Source: Azolla caroliniana (lineage: Eukaryota > Plantae > Polypodiophyta). Taken from it: a stretch of DNA of 64,000 nucleotides. Where the stretch lies: NCBI GenBank assembly GCA_043228905.1, contig JBHGNT010000003.1:11904001-11968000 (forward strand), read 5' to 3'. Each line of letters opens with the position of its first letter. Position 1 is the first letter of the stretch. The position numbers were made by a program, and so were the translations under genes. The notes beneath the pieces are model-generated. The model did not search any database, was not told the origin of the DNA, and saw nothing but the letters and a program-made list of their open reading frames with translations. Below are positions 63,420 through 64,000 of the stretch, one piece after another.

Positions 63420-64000
63420 TTGTTGCAACCATTGGCCGACCTATAATGCTCTATGTATTACTAGCCATTGGAAGACAATTATTTTCATATCTTGTTTCCT
63501 TGCCCATAATGTCCTCAAAAAATTTGCTAAAGATTCGGATGTGACCCGTTGATGGGTCCAAAACTGACTAGCCAGTGGTGTAGTCTTGCATTGAGCTACC
63601 AAAATGTGGCGTCCAATCTTAACTGAATACGGAAAAAAACCACACCTTTCCACCAAAATTCCCCCGGATCCCATTGCAACCTTATCAAGGGTTTCTTTTC
63701 AAAAACTCTCAATTTCCAATGTTCCTTGACTGCATCAACTTGTGGGTCGATGATCCACTTAGATCCATCATAAGCAAGGAGCCTTATTTTAGAGAATGTC
63801 ACATATTGCAAGGTCTCTGGTCGTATCGTTGATCTACATATAACACCATCTTCCTCCACATCATAGTCTTGAAACCATCTGCAAAACAAATATCCCCTTA
63901 CTCCCACCATCACTTGAAGTGTAAATGCCCCTTCCCACCTAGGAGGATTAAATGACCATACCATAGAAGATGGGTGTCCAAAAACCACATGCACCTGGTT
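63420..64000 (-). mobile_element. LINE ORF2 C-terminal fragment running into the zf-RVT region, frameshifted
   Basis: LQWDPGEFWW followed, in a shifted frame, by LRTLWARKQDMKIIVFQWLVIHRAL*VGQW, which resembles the LW...KI..F.W...H..LP motif of L1-type zf-RVT. Confidence 0.6.

Overview
Land-plant nuclear DNA, probably a non-seed plant such as a fern or lycophyte (inferred from the retroelement lineages). About 90% of the window is a deep nest of LTR retrotransposons. Ty1/copia elements: Tnt1-like A, B, C, G and M, plus a second lineage D, F, K, I/L and O. Ty3/gypsy elements: chromoviruses H and J and a divergent element N. There are also solo or partial LTRs and a LINE fragment. Host genes are a tRNA-Phe(GAA) at 263-335 and the last coding exon of a YSL/OPT metal-chelate transporter just after a 100-N gap. 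Five elements have both LTRs and a TSD (A, D, H, J, M). Most notable: (1) chromovirus J lacks a tRNA PBS and has a Tf1-type self-priming layout; (2) J's LTRs carry a tRNA-derived Pol III A/B-box module pointing outward, and an unrelated solo LTR has a similar one; (3) a ~23.6 kb inversion (~36990-60571) can be reconstructed from split TSDs, a split LTR and split ORFs; (4) a hairpin covering the PPT/U3 junction is shared by copia families with otherwise different LTRs; (5) one copia family has an acidic/basic extension after RNase H. Element letters are my own labels and all coordinates were read by eye.
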